Assembly: GCA_038147395.1 (NCBI GenBank)
Contig: JAYQTM010000001.1
Coordinates: 6,287-70,286 of the forward strand
DNA from: Candidatus Eutrophovita brisbanensis
GTDB lineage: Bacteria; Pseudomonadota; Gammaproteobacteria; Burkholderiales; Eutrophovitaceae
Direction: 5' to 3'
DNA: 64,000 bases
Shown here: positions 25,299 through 34,570 of the stretch, piece by piece
How positions within the stretch are numbered: the stretch's first letter is position 1
Layout of the letters: every line of letters begins with the position of its first letter
Notes under the pieces: generated by a model
The model's database searches: none
What the model saw: the letters and a program-made list of their open reading frames with translations, nothing else
What the model was told of the DNA's origin: nothing
Position numbers and translations under genes: made by a program

Positions 25299-26111
25299 CT
25301 ATTGGATAGATGATCTAGGGATCTCGCTATGGGTTGGCCTGAAGGCCTTTCCTTTCTCGAACACCGCGATTGAATCATGCATATGGATACCCGAAATCAT
25401 GTCGGTTAAGTCAGGATAATTGATCGGGTGGACGTGCCACCAATGATGCATATCATTCATCAATCGATAGGAAGCAAAAAATTACGCCTCCGTATGACCG
25501 CCAAATGAGGTCATAGATCCTCGGCCATATAAACCCCACTTTGATGCAATAAAGGAAAGTGTTCTAAACGTTTTGATCAGATGTTTCATTTGATGGCTGC
25601 CATCATCCAATACAATATCAACGCCTCCCATTTCCTCTATTACGCGGTTAAGAAATTCAGCATCATCTTGGGAACCAATTCTCACTGAACCAGAGTCACC
25701 ATCGAGCGACGCACAATTCGGATCACTGTCAATCCCAAAAATAGTGGCCTTGTCACCGAAGTAATTTCGCCACATTTGTAAGCTGCCACCTCGGAAAACA
25801 CCGATTTCAAGGAACCTAACATTGGTTCCTCGAAATCTAGAGAAATATCGATCGTATATGGGTATGTAATGATGCCATTTGTGAACTGGGCGCTCTTTAT
25901 TATTCACAAACAAGTCTAGCAAATCATCTTCGAATCCATATTTAGTCGTGATATCGGCTGCGACGTCTTTTGATAGATCGAATTCAAAGTCCCTGATTTC
26001 GACGCCATAGCCTAGTCTAGCCCTCAATTTTTTTGATAAACATTTTGATAGTAACTGACTAAATTTCACTAGTTTTCTCTTTATTACAACGAGTTGATGT
26101 GACCCAGACAA
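25299..26111 (-). CDS. Class I SAM-dependent methyltransferase (sugar O-methyltransferase-like), C-terminus frameshifted; start uncertain
   Basis: KWHHYIPIYDRYF, FLEIGVFRGGSLQMWRNYF, IFGID, IGSQDD, DIVLDDGSH; continuation DSIAVFEK to TAG at 25299-25301. Confidence 0.75.
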
Positions 26112-26171
26112 AAAGCCGAACCGCGTACCTTTCTCCGAACTTTTGACATCTTACGCCATCACACAAAAGTT

Positions 26172-26689
26172 ATGAAACGAAAACTCCACGCCAAGTTTTT
26201 ATACCCAACACCGCTTTAGTGTGCTTGTTTATGTTATGCGGCTACTTCAATGTTGCCCAAGCGGTTGAAAAAGTCGACGAGAGACACTTGAGCGAGATGC
26301 TTCGGCACATACACGAGACAACTGGGATGGCTGTTCCGGGACGCTCAGATCCGGGATATCCGAATGTAGTCTTCGTCGATCAAAACTTCATCAACGGGTT
26401 AGTTTGCAAGAAACGAAACTGTAATGCTCAGGCCGCCACAAAAAATACAACGGTTTTCTTAGTCGATGGACTAGACATCAGGACCGTCGAAGGGGAGAGC
26501 ATTCTCTACCACGAATTAGTTCACGTAGCCCAGTTCCATAATTGGGGTAATAACGAGAACTGCAAAAGTTGGATAAAACGAGAAGTTCAAGCTTATCAAC
26601 TTCAAGATAACTTTGTCAGCGAGAAGGGGCACGACATGCCTTGGCTGAGAAGCGTCGTCCAGTACCTGGCACATATGTGTCCTCAATAA
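26172..26689 (+). CDS. Secreted HExxH protein, DUF6647-like putative zinc metalloprotein
   Basis: SILYHELVHVAQ...C...REVQAYQLQ. Adding one T to the T5 run at ~26196 links ATG 26172 to ORF 26219-26689 and gives signal peptide MKRKLHAKFFIPNTALVCLFMLCGYFNVAQA. Confidence 0.55.
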
Positions 26690-26755
26690 GTTCCGTTCAG
26701 CGCGATCGTTCTTGTTCTAAAATTGTAAGCCTCATAGTGCAAATGGATACGCAAA

Positions 26756-27211
26756 ATGATTTCCATAAAGACTTTCTGTCTTGGTCTTGTATGCTCGTGC
26801 CTAATCACGCTCGCTCAAGCAAACCTCGGCGATATTGACGAAGATGACCTAGATAATCCACTCATTGTAGAGGGGAAAGAGTTATTACAAAACGAGGACT
26901 GGACAGCCGCCATCACCCGTTTTGAGTCGGCGCTAGATACAACGCCAAACAGCGCAGATTTACATAATTTTTTAGGCTACGCGTACCGAAAATCTGGTGA
27001 TCTTGATAAAGCCTTTCTCCACTACGATAAAGCACTCGAAATCAATCCCGATCATAAAGCAGCAATAGAATATCTAGGAGAAGCGTACATCGCCAACGGC
27101 GATTTAGCCAACGCAATGGTTCAGTTACAGAAGCTCAAACGACTCTGCAGTCCAATCCCTTGTGAAGAACTTCGTGAACTAGAACAAGCGCTTGAGAACG
27201 CATCAAGGTAG
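26756..27211 (+). CDS. Exported tetratricopeptide-repeat protein
   Basis: Signal peptide; TPR repeats ADLHNFLGYAYRKSGD..KA...YDKALEINP and AIEYLGEAY; C-terminal CxxxxC. Confidence 0.8.
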   Translation: MISIKTFCLGLVCSCLITLAQANLGDIDEDDLDNPLIVEGKELLQNEDWTAAITRFESALDTTPNSADLHNFLGYAYRKSGDLDKAFLHYDKALEINPDHKAAIEYLGEAYIANGDLANAMVQLQKLKRLCSPIPCEELRELEQALENASR

Positions 27212-27215
27212 CGCT

Positions 27216-27863
27216 GTGCTCAAAGCAATTTTTTTCGATTTTGGCGGCGTCGTTACCGAGAGCCCATTTGAGGCGTTTTCATCTCTTGAGAAAGAACGAG
27301 GATTACCCGTAAACTTCATTAGAGAGATCAATAGTACAAACCCACACGAGAACGCATGGGCACAACTCGAGAGAGGCGAGATCTCCCCGGAACAATTCGA
27401 CGTCATGTTCGCAAATGAGGCTTCCTCCAGGGGCCATCAGATCAGCGGCAAAGCAGTTTTACAACGCGTCTTCACCCCAATCAGAGGCGACATGGTCGAA
27501 TTAATACAGCAGTATGCTGCGAAATTTAAACTGGCGTGTCTGACAAATAACTTTCCAATCACTGACTCATTAATAGAGCTGATGGGAAACCATAGATATG
27601 AGGAATGGCAAAGCGCGCTCAAACTGTTCGAATACGTCATCGAGTCAGCCAAACTTGGAGTGAGAAAACCTGAGACACAATTTTTCAGTGAAGCCTGTCG
27701 CATTACTCAAGTAGAACCAGATGAAGTCATTTTTCTGGATGACATCGGGTCCAATTTAAAACCAGCTCGAGAAATGGGCATGACGACAATAAAGGTCACA
27801 TCATCGAGACAAGCGATCGATGATCTTCGCGAGGCGGTAGCGTTACACGCCACCCCAAATTAA
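27216..27863 (+). CDS. HAD-IA family hydrolase (epoxide-hydrolase N-terminal-domain-like)
   Basis: AIFFDFGGV, CLTNN, GVRKPE, IFLDDIGSNLKPAREMGM. Confidence 0.85.
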   Translation: MLKAIFFDFGGVVTESPFEAFSSLEKERGLPVNFIREINSTNPHENAWAQLERGEISPEQFDVMFANEASSRGHQISGKAVLQRVFTPIRGDMVELIQQYAAKFKLACLTNNFPITDSLIELMGNHRYEEWQSALKLFEYVIESAKLGVRKPETQFFSEACRITQVEPDEVIFLDDIGSNLKPAREMGMTTIKVTSSRQAIDDLREAVALHATPN

Positions 27864-28624
27864 CGTGTAAATTTCGGTTTTCTCGGTGCGGTCGATGCGA
27901 GCCGATCGTAAATAACCCGGGGCAACCATTTCATGCATGACGCGACGAGCCTCATTTGCCAGGGCATGATGTGTATCACCTTTTTTCTTTTGATCGCCTG
28001 AATGATCGAATCTGCAGCATCGTCACTATTCATGAGAAACGGCATACGAAATTGATTGACGTCCGTCATTGGCGTCTTAATGTAGCCTGGGCAAACCGTC
28101 AACACATTCACACCGGAGTCGTGTAATTCAACCCTTAGGCTTTCAAGATACGTGGTTAGCGCCGCCTTGGAAGCCGAATACGCACCAGATCCCGGCAAGC
28201 CTCTTATTCCTGCAATGCTCGATACGCCAACAAAGGTTCCTCGGTTTTCTCTTAACATGCCTTTCATGAATGGCTGGAATGTATTTACGACTCCAAGCAC
28301 ATTAGTACGCAGAATCTGTTCAAACGCTTCAACATCACCGAATTCTTCTGAAAGAGTTCCGCCAGAAATGCCAGCATTCGCGATGACCACATTCGGAATA
28401 CCTACATGCTGCATGAACTGCTCCGCTGCAAGTCTCACAGTTTTATAATCCGCCACATCGGCTTGGTAGAAATAACACCGTTCACCCAGACTCTCTTTGA
28501 TACTCCGTAATTCGTGATCACGCCTCGCAACTAATCCGACCACAAATCCTTCACGATAAAACTGTCTCGCTAAAGACGTTCCTATTCCACTTGATGCTCC
28601 CGTAATAAACACACTTTGCATCAC
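27860..28624 (-). CDS. Short-chain dehydrogenase/reductase
   Basis: ITGASSGIG, IANAG, YSASK; usual position downstream of dsbA in betaproteobacteria. Confidence 0.9.
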   Translation of the reverse strand: MMQSVFITGASSGIGTSLARQFYREGFVVGLVARRDHELRSIKESLGERCYFYQADVADYKTVRLAAEQFMQHVGIPNVVIANAGISGGTLSEEFGDVEAFEQILRTNVLGVVNTFQPFMKGMLRENRGTFVGVSSIAGIRGLPGSGAYSASKAALTTYLESLRVELHDSGVNVLTVCPGYIKTPMTDVNQFRMPFLMNSDDAADSIIQAIKRKKVIHIMPWQMRLVASCMKWLPRVIYDRLASTAPRKPKFTR

Positions 28625-28630
28625 AAACGA

Positions 28631-29287
28631 TTACTTTCTTCTCATTCGATCAACGAGATAATCAAGGATTGGAGAGAGACGATCCCTCGATTGAATCATC
28701 GATGCAGTCGTCCAAAAACGTCGGCCCACCATGATCGTTGGTGTCACGGACACAGGATATACCTCGGATAAACGCAGCGATTCCGACACCCTCTGATCGA
28801 GTAGATCGGAGGACAAGGTCTCACGAAATCGATCAAGATTCACGCCTTGAGTTTCGACCCATTTATATTGCTCTGAGGTATCCCATAGCGCCCATCCATC
28901 GTCATGAATCGCTCGAAACACGTGATAATGAAGCTTCGTCAACTCACCCATCAACAGTAACGTGTAATACAGTCGAGCCAACTCTAGGGAACGACGGTTC
29001 GAAATGTACGGAACGAGAACCAGGTCGACACGATTTAGGTTACTTTGAAACCACTGATCGAGATCGGGCCCCAACAAGTAGCAACCTCGGCATTCATACG
29101 AAAAAAATTCGATAACCTCGACAGGAGCAACGGGGCTAGGTTCGACCGTCGTTTCAAGCTCTAAAAAATCTCTCCCTAAAACGGGTTCGGCATACCCCGA
29201 GCTTTGCAGCGCGAACAAAAGGAACAGTCCACAAAAAAACTTTCGCGGACAACGTTGCCAATAAGTCTCTTTTTTAATCCTTCGCAA
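28631..29287 (-). CDS. DsbA-like thiol:disulfide oxidoreductase paralog (CRGC)
   Basis: VEVIEFFSYECRGCY, ARLYYTL, VFRAIH, VSVTPTIMV. Confidence 0.75.
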   Translation of the reverse strand: MRRIKKETYWQRCPRKFFCGLFLLFALQSSGYAEPVLGRDFLELETTVEPSPVAPVEVIEFFSYECRGCYLLGPDLDQWFQSNLNRVDLVLVPYISNRRSLELARLYYTLLLMGELTKLHYHVFRAIHDDGWALWDTSEQYKWVETQGVNLDRFRETLSSDLLDQRVSESLRLSEVYPVSVTPTIMVGRRFWTTASMIQSRDRLSPILDYLVDRMRRK

Positions 29288-29927
29288 CGAGTGTGTTTAA
29301 AATTGCGATGAATCGCACAGCATCAACACCCGACCCGTCAGAGCGAAGCGCCATCGAAGGACCAGTGATGTATTTACCCTTCACTGTCACGTACGGGGTC
29401 CCAGGAACTCGATAAGAGCGCGTCAGCTGTACCGCCTTTTTGACTTTTGCATCGATGCCAAATGATTTATACAGTTTATTGAAACTCTCGTTATCGACGC
29501 GATCGTTACTGTCGATCCATTTCAATATTTTTTTATCCGTCATCAGATTAACACCCTTTCGGTGTATCGCATCATAGACTTCTTGATGAACGGTCTTGAG
29601 TAATTGCATCTCCTCTAACGTGAAATAAAGCTTAGCGAGAGGAATCATTCGTTCGTTGAATACCGCAGGCATATAATTAAACTGAACGCCTTTCGGCGGA
29701 TTTTGTGCCCATGATTCAATCAAAGGCTGGAACTCATAGCAGTGTCCGCACGCATAGTTAAAAAACTCATAAACTTGGACGACATCTCCACGATCACCAT
29801 CTGAACGAATGACCTTGTAGTCTTTACCCTCAACCAGGTTTTCGGCAAACGTGGTAGATGTCCAACTGAACACCAAAACCATCAGGACTTTCAACAGTTG
29901 TTTCATTGACATACTCCGTGACAACAT
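29274..29927 (-). CDS. dsbA: Thiol:disulfide interchange protein DsbA (CGHC)
   Basis: Signal peptide, EGKDY, VYEFFNYACGHCYEFQP, VPGTPYVTVKGKY; follows argS-SPOR. Confidence 0.85.
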   Translation of the reverse strand: MLSRSMSMKQLLKVLMVLVFSWTSTTFAENLVEGKDYKVIRSDGDRGDVVQVYEFFNYACGHCYEFQPLIESWAQNPPKGVQFNYMPAVFNERMIPLAKLYFTLEEMQLLKTVHQEVYDAIHRKGVNLMTDKKILKWIDSNDRVDNESFNKLYKSFGIDAKVKKAVQLTRSYRVPGTPYVTVKGKYITGPSMALRSDGSGVDAVRFIAILNTLVAKD

Positions 29928-29934
29928 ATGATTA

Positions 29935-30462
29935 TTAATTACTGACTCTTACGACCGTCGTTTCGAAATTAAATTCCTGCAACCTCTGTCGTACCGACTC
30001 CATTTCACGTTGGGTGCTGTAGGGACCCAATCGCACACGATGCAATAACGTCCCGTCTGATAACGCGGTCGCCTGTATGCGTGACTCAAATCCATTCAAT
30101 GCAAGTCGCGCTTTTAAATTATCCGCTTCTTGCGCGTTAGACAACGCTGCGACTTGTAAGAAAAGAACCTCAACAGAAATTGATTGTTCAGAGTCGTCAC
30201 CCTCGGGTGGGGCGTTATCTTTTCTATCGGCACTCGGCAGCAATTTATAAAAATCGAACTCAACGTCATCTTGCTCCTGAATGACACCTGATCTCTCCGG
30301 TGCACTAATACCGTTGTTATCTTGTATTTGTAAGGCCGCTCGATTAACGTAGATCGCGACTGCAATCGAGACAGCGACACCGATGAGTATTCCAACCAGA
30401 ATACCCGACCCCAAACGTCGTTTTGTCTTGCCTGCGGCGGATCGTGTTCCCCTCTTTGCCAT
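29935..30462 (-). CDS. SPOR-domain cell division protein (FtsN-like)
   Basis: N-terminal TM helix, FDFYKLLP, LQVAAL...ADNLKARLAL.G, HRVRLGPY. Confidence 0.88.
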   Translation of the reverse strand: MAKRGTRSAAGKTKRRLGSGILVGILIGVAVSIAVAIYVNRAALQIQDNNGISAPERSGVIQEQDDVEFDFYKLLPSADRKDNAPPEGDDSEQSISVEVLFLQVAALSNAQEADNLKARLALNGFESRIQATALSDGTLLHRVRLGPYSTQREMESVRQRLQEFNFETTVVRVSN

Positions 30463-30473
30463 AACGATAGATT

Positions 30474-32219
30474 TTACATACGTTCTGGCGCATCGACACC
30501 AATTAACGCTAATCCATTACGTATGACGTGTTTCACCGATCGTACCAACGCAAGTCTCGCGTGAATCAATTCAGAATCACCTTTCAATATTTGTGTGGCA
30601 TTGTAATAAGTGTGGAAAATCCCAGAGAGATCTTTGAGATAAAAAGCGATCATATGGGGCGCCAACTCACTCGCCGCGGAAGCAACTGTGCCCGGGAAAT
30701 CTGCGACGGCTCTCATCAAGAGGGTCTCTTCCTCTGATGTTAGTCCGTCAAGCTGCACGTCAACGAGCGTCTTGGCATCGATCTCTGACTTGGCCAGAAT
30801 ACTCGCGCAACGCGCATGAGCATACTGGATGTAATAAACCGGATTGTCGTTATTCTGTGATTTCGCCAAATCAAGATCGAAATCGAGATGTTGATCATTC
30901 TTGCGGTAGACATAAAAAAACCTTGCGGCATCACGGCCAACATCTTCCCTAAGCTGCGCGAGTGTCACGAACTCTCCAGACCGTGTCGACATCGCCAGCT
31001 TCTCTTTACCTCGATAGAGAACAGCAAACTGGACGAGCGGGACTTTTAATCGATCAGAATTTAGATCCATGACCTCCATGGCGGCTAACGCTGCCCTTAC
31101 TCGAGGTATGTACCCATGATGATCTGCGCCCCAGATATTAATCAGCGTATCGAAGCCCCTGTCGAACTTGTCAACATGATATGCAATATCAGACGCAAAA
31201 TAGGTAAAAATTCCATTCTCTCTTTGTACGACACGGTCTTTTTCGTCACCAAACTGAGTCGACCGAAACCAACGTGCGCCGGCCTCAGTGTATAAGTAAC
31301 CCTTCGCATCCAACTCAGAAATCACGCGCTCAATCTTTTTCGAATCAAATAACGTTTGCTCCGAAAACCAATTGTCAAAATTAACACCGAAATTCTCCAA
31401 TTCCTCCCTGCACCCAGCGAGTTGCTCGGCCAGAACAGATCGATGAATGACTGAGTAACCTTCTCCCAACACGTCTTTACCTAACGCGATGAGTTGATCA
31501 ATCAATAATTCAGGTTCATCCACTGACGGCCAACGCATCTTCAGTTGTTCAATCTCTAAATTGAACCGATCTCCGTGCTGTTCTTTGAGTGCTGCCGCCA
31601 TGTCGCGAACGTAAGCACCTTGATACCCCTTTTCAGGAAAAACAAACGTATGCCCGAAGAGTTCTAAATATCTTAACCAAGACGAGATTGACAAAATGTC
31701 CATCTGTCGCCCGGCATCATTGACGTAATACTCTCGAGTCACTTTATGACCAGTCGCAGCAAGTAGGTTTGCGATGCTGTCTCCATACGCAGCCCCGCGG
31801 CCATGACCAACATGTAATGGGCCCGTCGGGTTGGCAGAAACAAATTCCACCTGAACCGAGCGATCACGTCCAATGTCACTCTCACCGTATCGCTCGCCGG
31901 ACTGCAACACCTCCGGGATGATCGCCTGGCGACATGAGGCCGTGAGATAAAGATTAATGAAGCCAGGACCAGCGACTTCAGCTTTAGCTAGAAACTGATC
32001 GTCTTTGATCGCGCTAACAATTTCGCCCGCAATATCTCGGGGAGGTCGTTTTAACTCTTTGGCGATTTGCATCGCGATGTTACACGAGTAGTCGCCATGA
32101 TCAGCTGACCTGGGGCGCTCAAGTAGAATTCTGTCTAAAGGAATATCGATTGATGACCGTGTCAGAGCGGCGTGTATGCTCTGCTTGATCGCATCGATGG
32201 TCTGTATCGTGTAATTCAT
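30474..32219 (-). CDS. argS: Arginine--tRNA ligase
   Basis: HGDYSCN, VEFVSANPTGPLHVGHGR, WGADHHGY, MSTRSGEFV, NPVYYIQYAHAR. Confidence 0.98.
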   Translation of the reverse strand: MNYTIQTIDAIKQSIHAALTRSSIDIPLDRILLERPRSADHGDYSCNIAMQIAKELKRPPRDIAGEIVSAIKDDQFLAKAEVAGPGFINLYLTASCRQAIIPEVLQSGERYGESDIGRDRSVQVEFVSANPTGPLHVGHGRGAAYGDSIANLLAATGHKVTREYYVNDAGRQMDILSISSWLRYLELFGHTFVFPEKGYQGAYVRDMAAALKEQHGDRFNLEIEQLKMRWPSVDEPELLIDQLIALGKDVLGEGYSVIHRSVLAEQLAGCREELENFGVNFDNWFSEQTLFDSKKIERVISELDAKGYLYTEAGARWFRSTQFGDEKDRVVQRENGIFTYFASDIAYHVDKFDRGFDTLINIWGADHHGYIPRVRAALAAMEVMDLNSDRLKVPLVQFAVLYRGKEKLAMSTRSGEFVTLAQLREDVGRDAARFFYVYRKNDQHLDFDLDLAKSQNNDNPVYYIQYAHARCASILAKSEIDAKTLVDVQLDGLTSEEETLLMRAVADFPGTVASAASELAPHMIAFYLKDLSGIFHTYYNATQILKGDSELIHARLALVRSVKHVIRNGLALIGVDAPERM

Positions 32220-32273
32220 GCCACCACTTCGTTAATTTTCATCGTTATTGAACGGCTTGATGAGAAGCTCTCA

Positions 32274-34463
32274 CTAAACATCAATCGGATCAACATCGAG
32301 CACGAATCTAACTCCTGATTCGTTCAAGTTACTGATCTCTTTCATCCACCGCTTCAAAAATATTCTTAAAGGTTTCCTTAGTGTACTTTGTACCAATAAT
32401 TGACCCCGAATAAGCCCTGCCATTTTATGAATCGGCGCAGGAACCGCATCATACACATCTATTGCCTCTGATTTCAGGTCGAGTGCGCACAAACGTGCAC
32501 GATTTAAGAAATTCTCCACTGAATTAGAACTGGGACTGGAGGCTCGCAGTATGGCTTGATACGAATACGGGGGGAAGTCCGACAACTCGCGCTCTTTGAG
32601 CGCATCGATTGCAAAATCATCGTATGAGTGCCCAATGAGATGTTGGTAAATCGGATGGTCTGGAAACTCTGTTTGCAAAAGAACCTGTCCCCTTGACGAA
32701 CCGCGTCCAGCGCGACCCGACACCTGCAGCATCTGTTGAAATTGCCGTTCGGTCGCTCTGAAATCTCCGCTATAGAGCGCTTGATCAGCACCCAAAATAA
32801 CGACTAAATTGATGTTGGAAAAATCGTGGCCTTTTGAGAGCATTTGCGTGCCGATGATGATATCAACTTGAGTCTGATCAATTGACTGCCTCATTGCCTC
32901 GAAAGAGCCCTTCCGACGCGTGCTGTCACTGTCCACTCGAATAACACGCGCGTGACCGAACCGAGCAGCGACCTCCTCCTCTAATCGCTGCGTACCATGT
33001 CCAAGATCGAGTAAATCCTGATTACCACAGTCACTGCATCGACTGGGTACGCGGCCTTGATATCCGCAATGGTGACATCGCACATGGTCTGGTCTTTTGT
33101 GGAGCGTCAAAGCCGCGCTACAGCGGTGGCAAGATACGCTCCACTGACATGACGAACAAAATAAGGCTGGAGCGTATCCACGTCGATTGATGAATACCAG
33201 TACTTGCTCACCATCATCAATTTTCGATTGCATCGCGTGAATCACCTGAGGTGACAGGGTATGACTCTCCGATCGAGAAACTCGAATTAACTCAACAGTC
33301 GGCAAGGAGCCTAAAGGGCGATCGGAAAGCACCGTTCTTTTATAACGCTCTCGAAGGACATTGTGATACGTCTCCAAAGACGGTGTTGCCGAGCCAAGAA
33401 CAACAGGGATATTTTTTAGTTGACTCAGATAAACCGCCAAATCGCGAGCATGATAACGTACGCCCTCAATTTGTTTATAAGAGGTGTCGTGCTCTTCATC
33501 GACGATGATCAGCCCTAATTGTTTTAATGGCGTGAATACTGCCAATCGGGTTCCAAGGATAATTGATGCCACGCCGTGACGTGCTTGCTCCCAAGCGATA
33601 AGCCGATTCGAGTCCCCCAAACCACTATTGAGCGTCACGATCCTCTCAGAGGGAAATCGGCGCTGCAATCGATCCTTAAGCTGTGGTGTCAAATTAATCT
33701 CGGGAACTAACATTAAAACCTGCTTCTTTGACTGTAATGCTCTTTCCATCAACTCAAAATACACTTCGGTCTTACCGCTACCCGTCACTCCTTGTAACAC
33801 CCAGACGTGTGCGCCACTTGAATCGAGACTAATGGAGTCCACCGAACGAATCTGAGACTCCGTAAGTCCCAGTTTTTTCGGGGTGACAGATATTGCGCGA
33901 TCAACCTTCATGAATTCATGAAGGTTGCGCTGCTCTGTCTTGACCCAGCCAGATTGAATCCAATTGGTTAACTGTTTCGACGCATTCGAATAGATACGGC
34001 GAGCATCAGCCAAGACTGTTTGCTCGTTAGATAGAAGGTGTTCATACAGGCGCTGCTTTCCACGCGACCTCGCATCCAACGTACCAGCAATTTCCAAACG
34101 ACCCGACACGGTGAGCGAATACACATTCTCCAAGTACTCTTTCCCAAGCCGATTCATACGAATCGAACGTGGAAGGCCCACAAACAAACAACGCCCTAAT
34201 TCAAAGCAGTAATACTCAGAAACAAAGCGACACAATGTAATGTAGTCAGACGAAAGAGGCGCCACATCGATGATAGAGCTGATCCCCTTGATCCTTTGCG
34301 TTTCCACGTTTGTGGTCTCAGAAACATCAATAACGATGCCCACTTGTTTTTTATTACGAAACGGAACTTCGACTAGCGAGCCCTTAACGACAGACAAACC
34401 GTTCGTCCGATAATCAAACGGGCCATTCAGTGGGACATCGAGGTGGATTTTCGCGTAACTCAT
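32274..34463 (-). CDS. priA: Primosomal protein N' (replication-restart helicase)
   Basis: GVTGSGKTEVY, LVPEINLTPQ, DEEHD, GSATPS, Zn-binding CxxC motifs, QVSGRAGR, DVDP end. Confidence 0.97.
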   Translation of the reverse strand: MSYAKIHLDVPLNGPFDYRTNGLSVVKGSLVEVPFRNKKQVGIVIDVSETTNVETQRIKGISSIIDVAPLSSDYITLCRFVSEYYCFELGRCLFVGLPRSIRMNRLGKEYLENVYSLTVSGRLEIAGTLDARSRGKQRLYEHLLSNEQTVLADARRIYSNASKQLTNWIQSGWVKTEQRNLHEFMKVDRAISVTPKKLGLTESQIRSVDSISLDSSGAHVWVLQGVTGSGKTEVYFELMERALQSKKQVLMLVPEINLTPQLKDRLQRRFPSERIVTLNSGLGDSNRLIAWEQARHGVASIILGTRLAVFTPLKQLGLIIVDEEHDTSYKQIEGVRYHARDLAVYLSQLKNIPVVLGSATPSLETYHNVLRERYKRTVLSDRPLGSLPTVELIRVSRSESHTLSPQVIHAMQSKIDDGEQVLVFINRRGYAPALFCSSCQWSVSCHRCSAALTLHKRPDHVRCHHCGYQGRVPSRCSDCGNQDLLDLGHGTQRLEEEVAARFGHARVIRVDSDSTRRKGSFEAMRQSIDQTQVDIIIGTQMLSKGHDFSNINLVVILGADQALYSGDFRATERQFQQMLQVSGRAGRGSSRGQVLLQTEFPDHPIYQHLIGHSYDDFAIDALKERELSDFPPYSYQAILRASSPSSNSVENFLNRARLCALDLKSEAIDVYDAVPAPIHKMAGLIRGQLLVQSTLRKPLRIFLKRWMKEISNLNESGVRFVLDVDPIDV

Positions 34464-34570
34464 TATGCGAGGATCTCATATACCTGTGTTAGTCGCACAA
34501 GTGTGGCTTGTCTGAACAAGCTATCGACTCACTAAACAAAGATCAGTGGCCTAGGAATACGGCAGAAGCT

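Noticed and set aside
34464-34570. oriC next to hemE
   Set aside because: The spacer is only about 107 bp and has no DnaA box with fewer than two mismatches that I could find.
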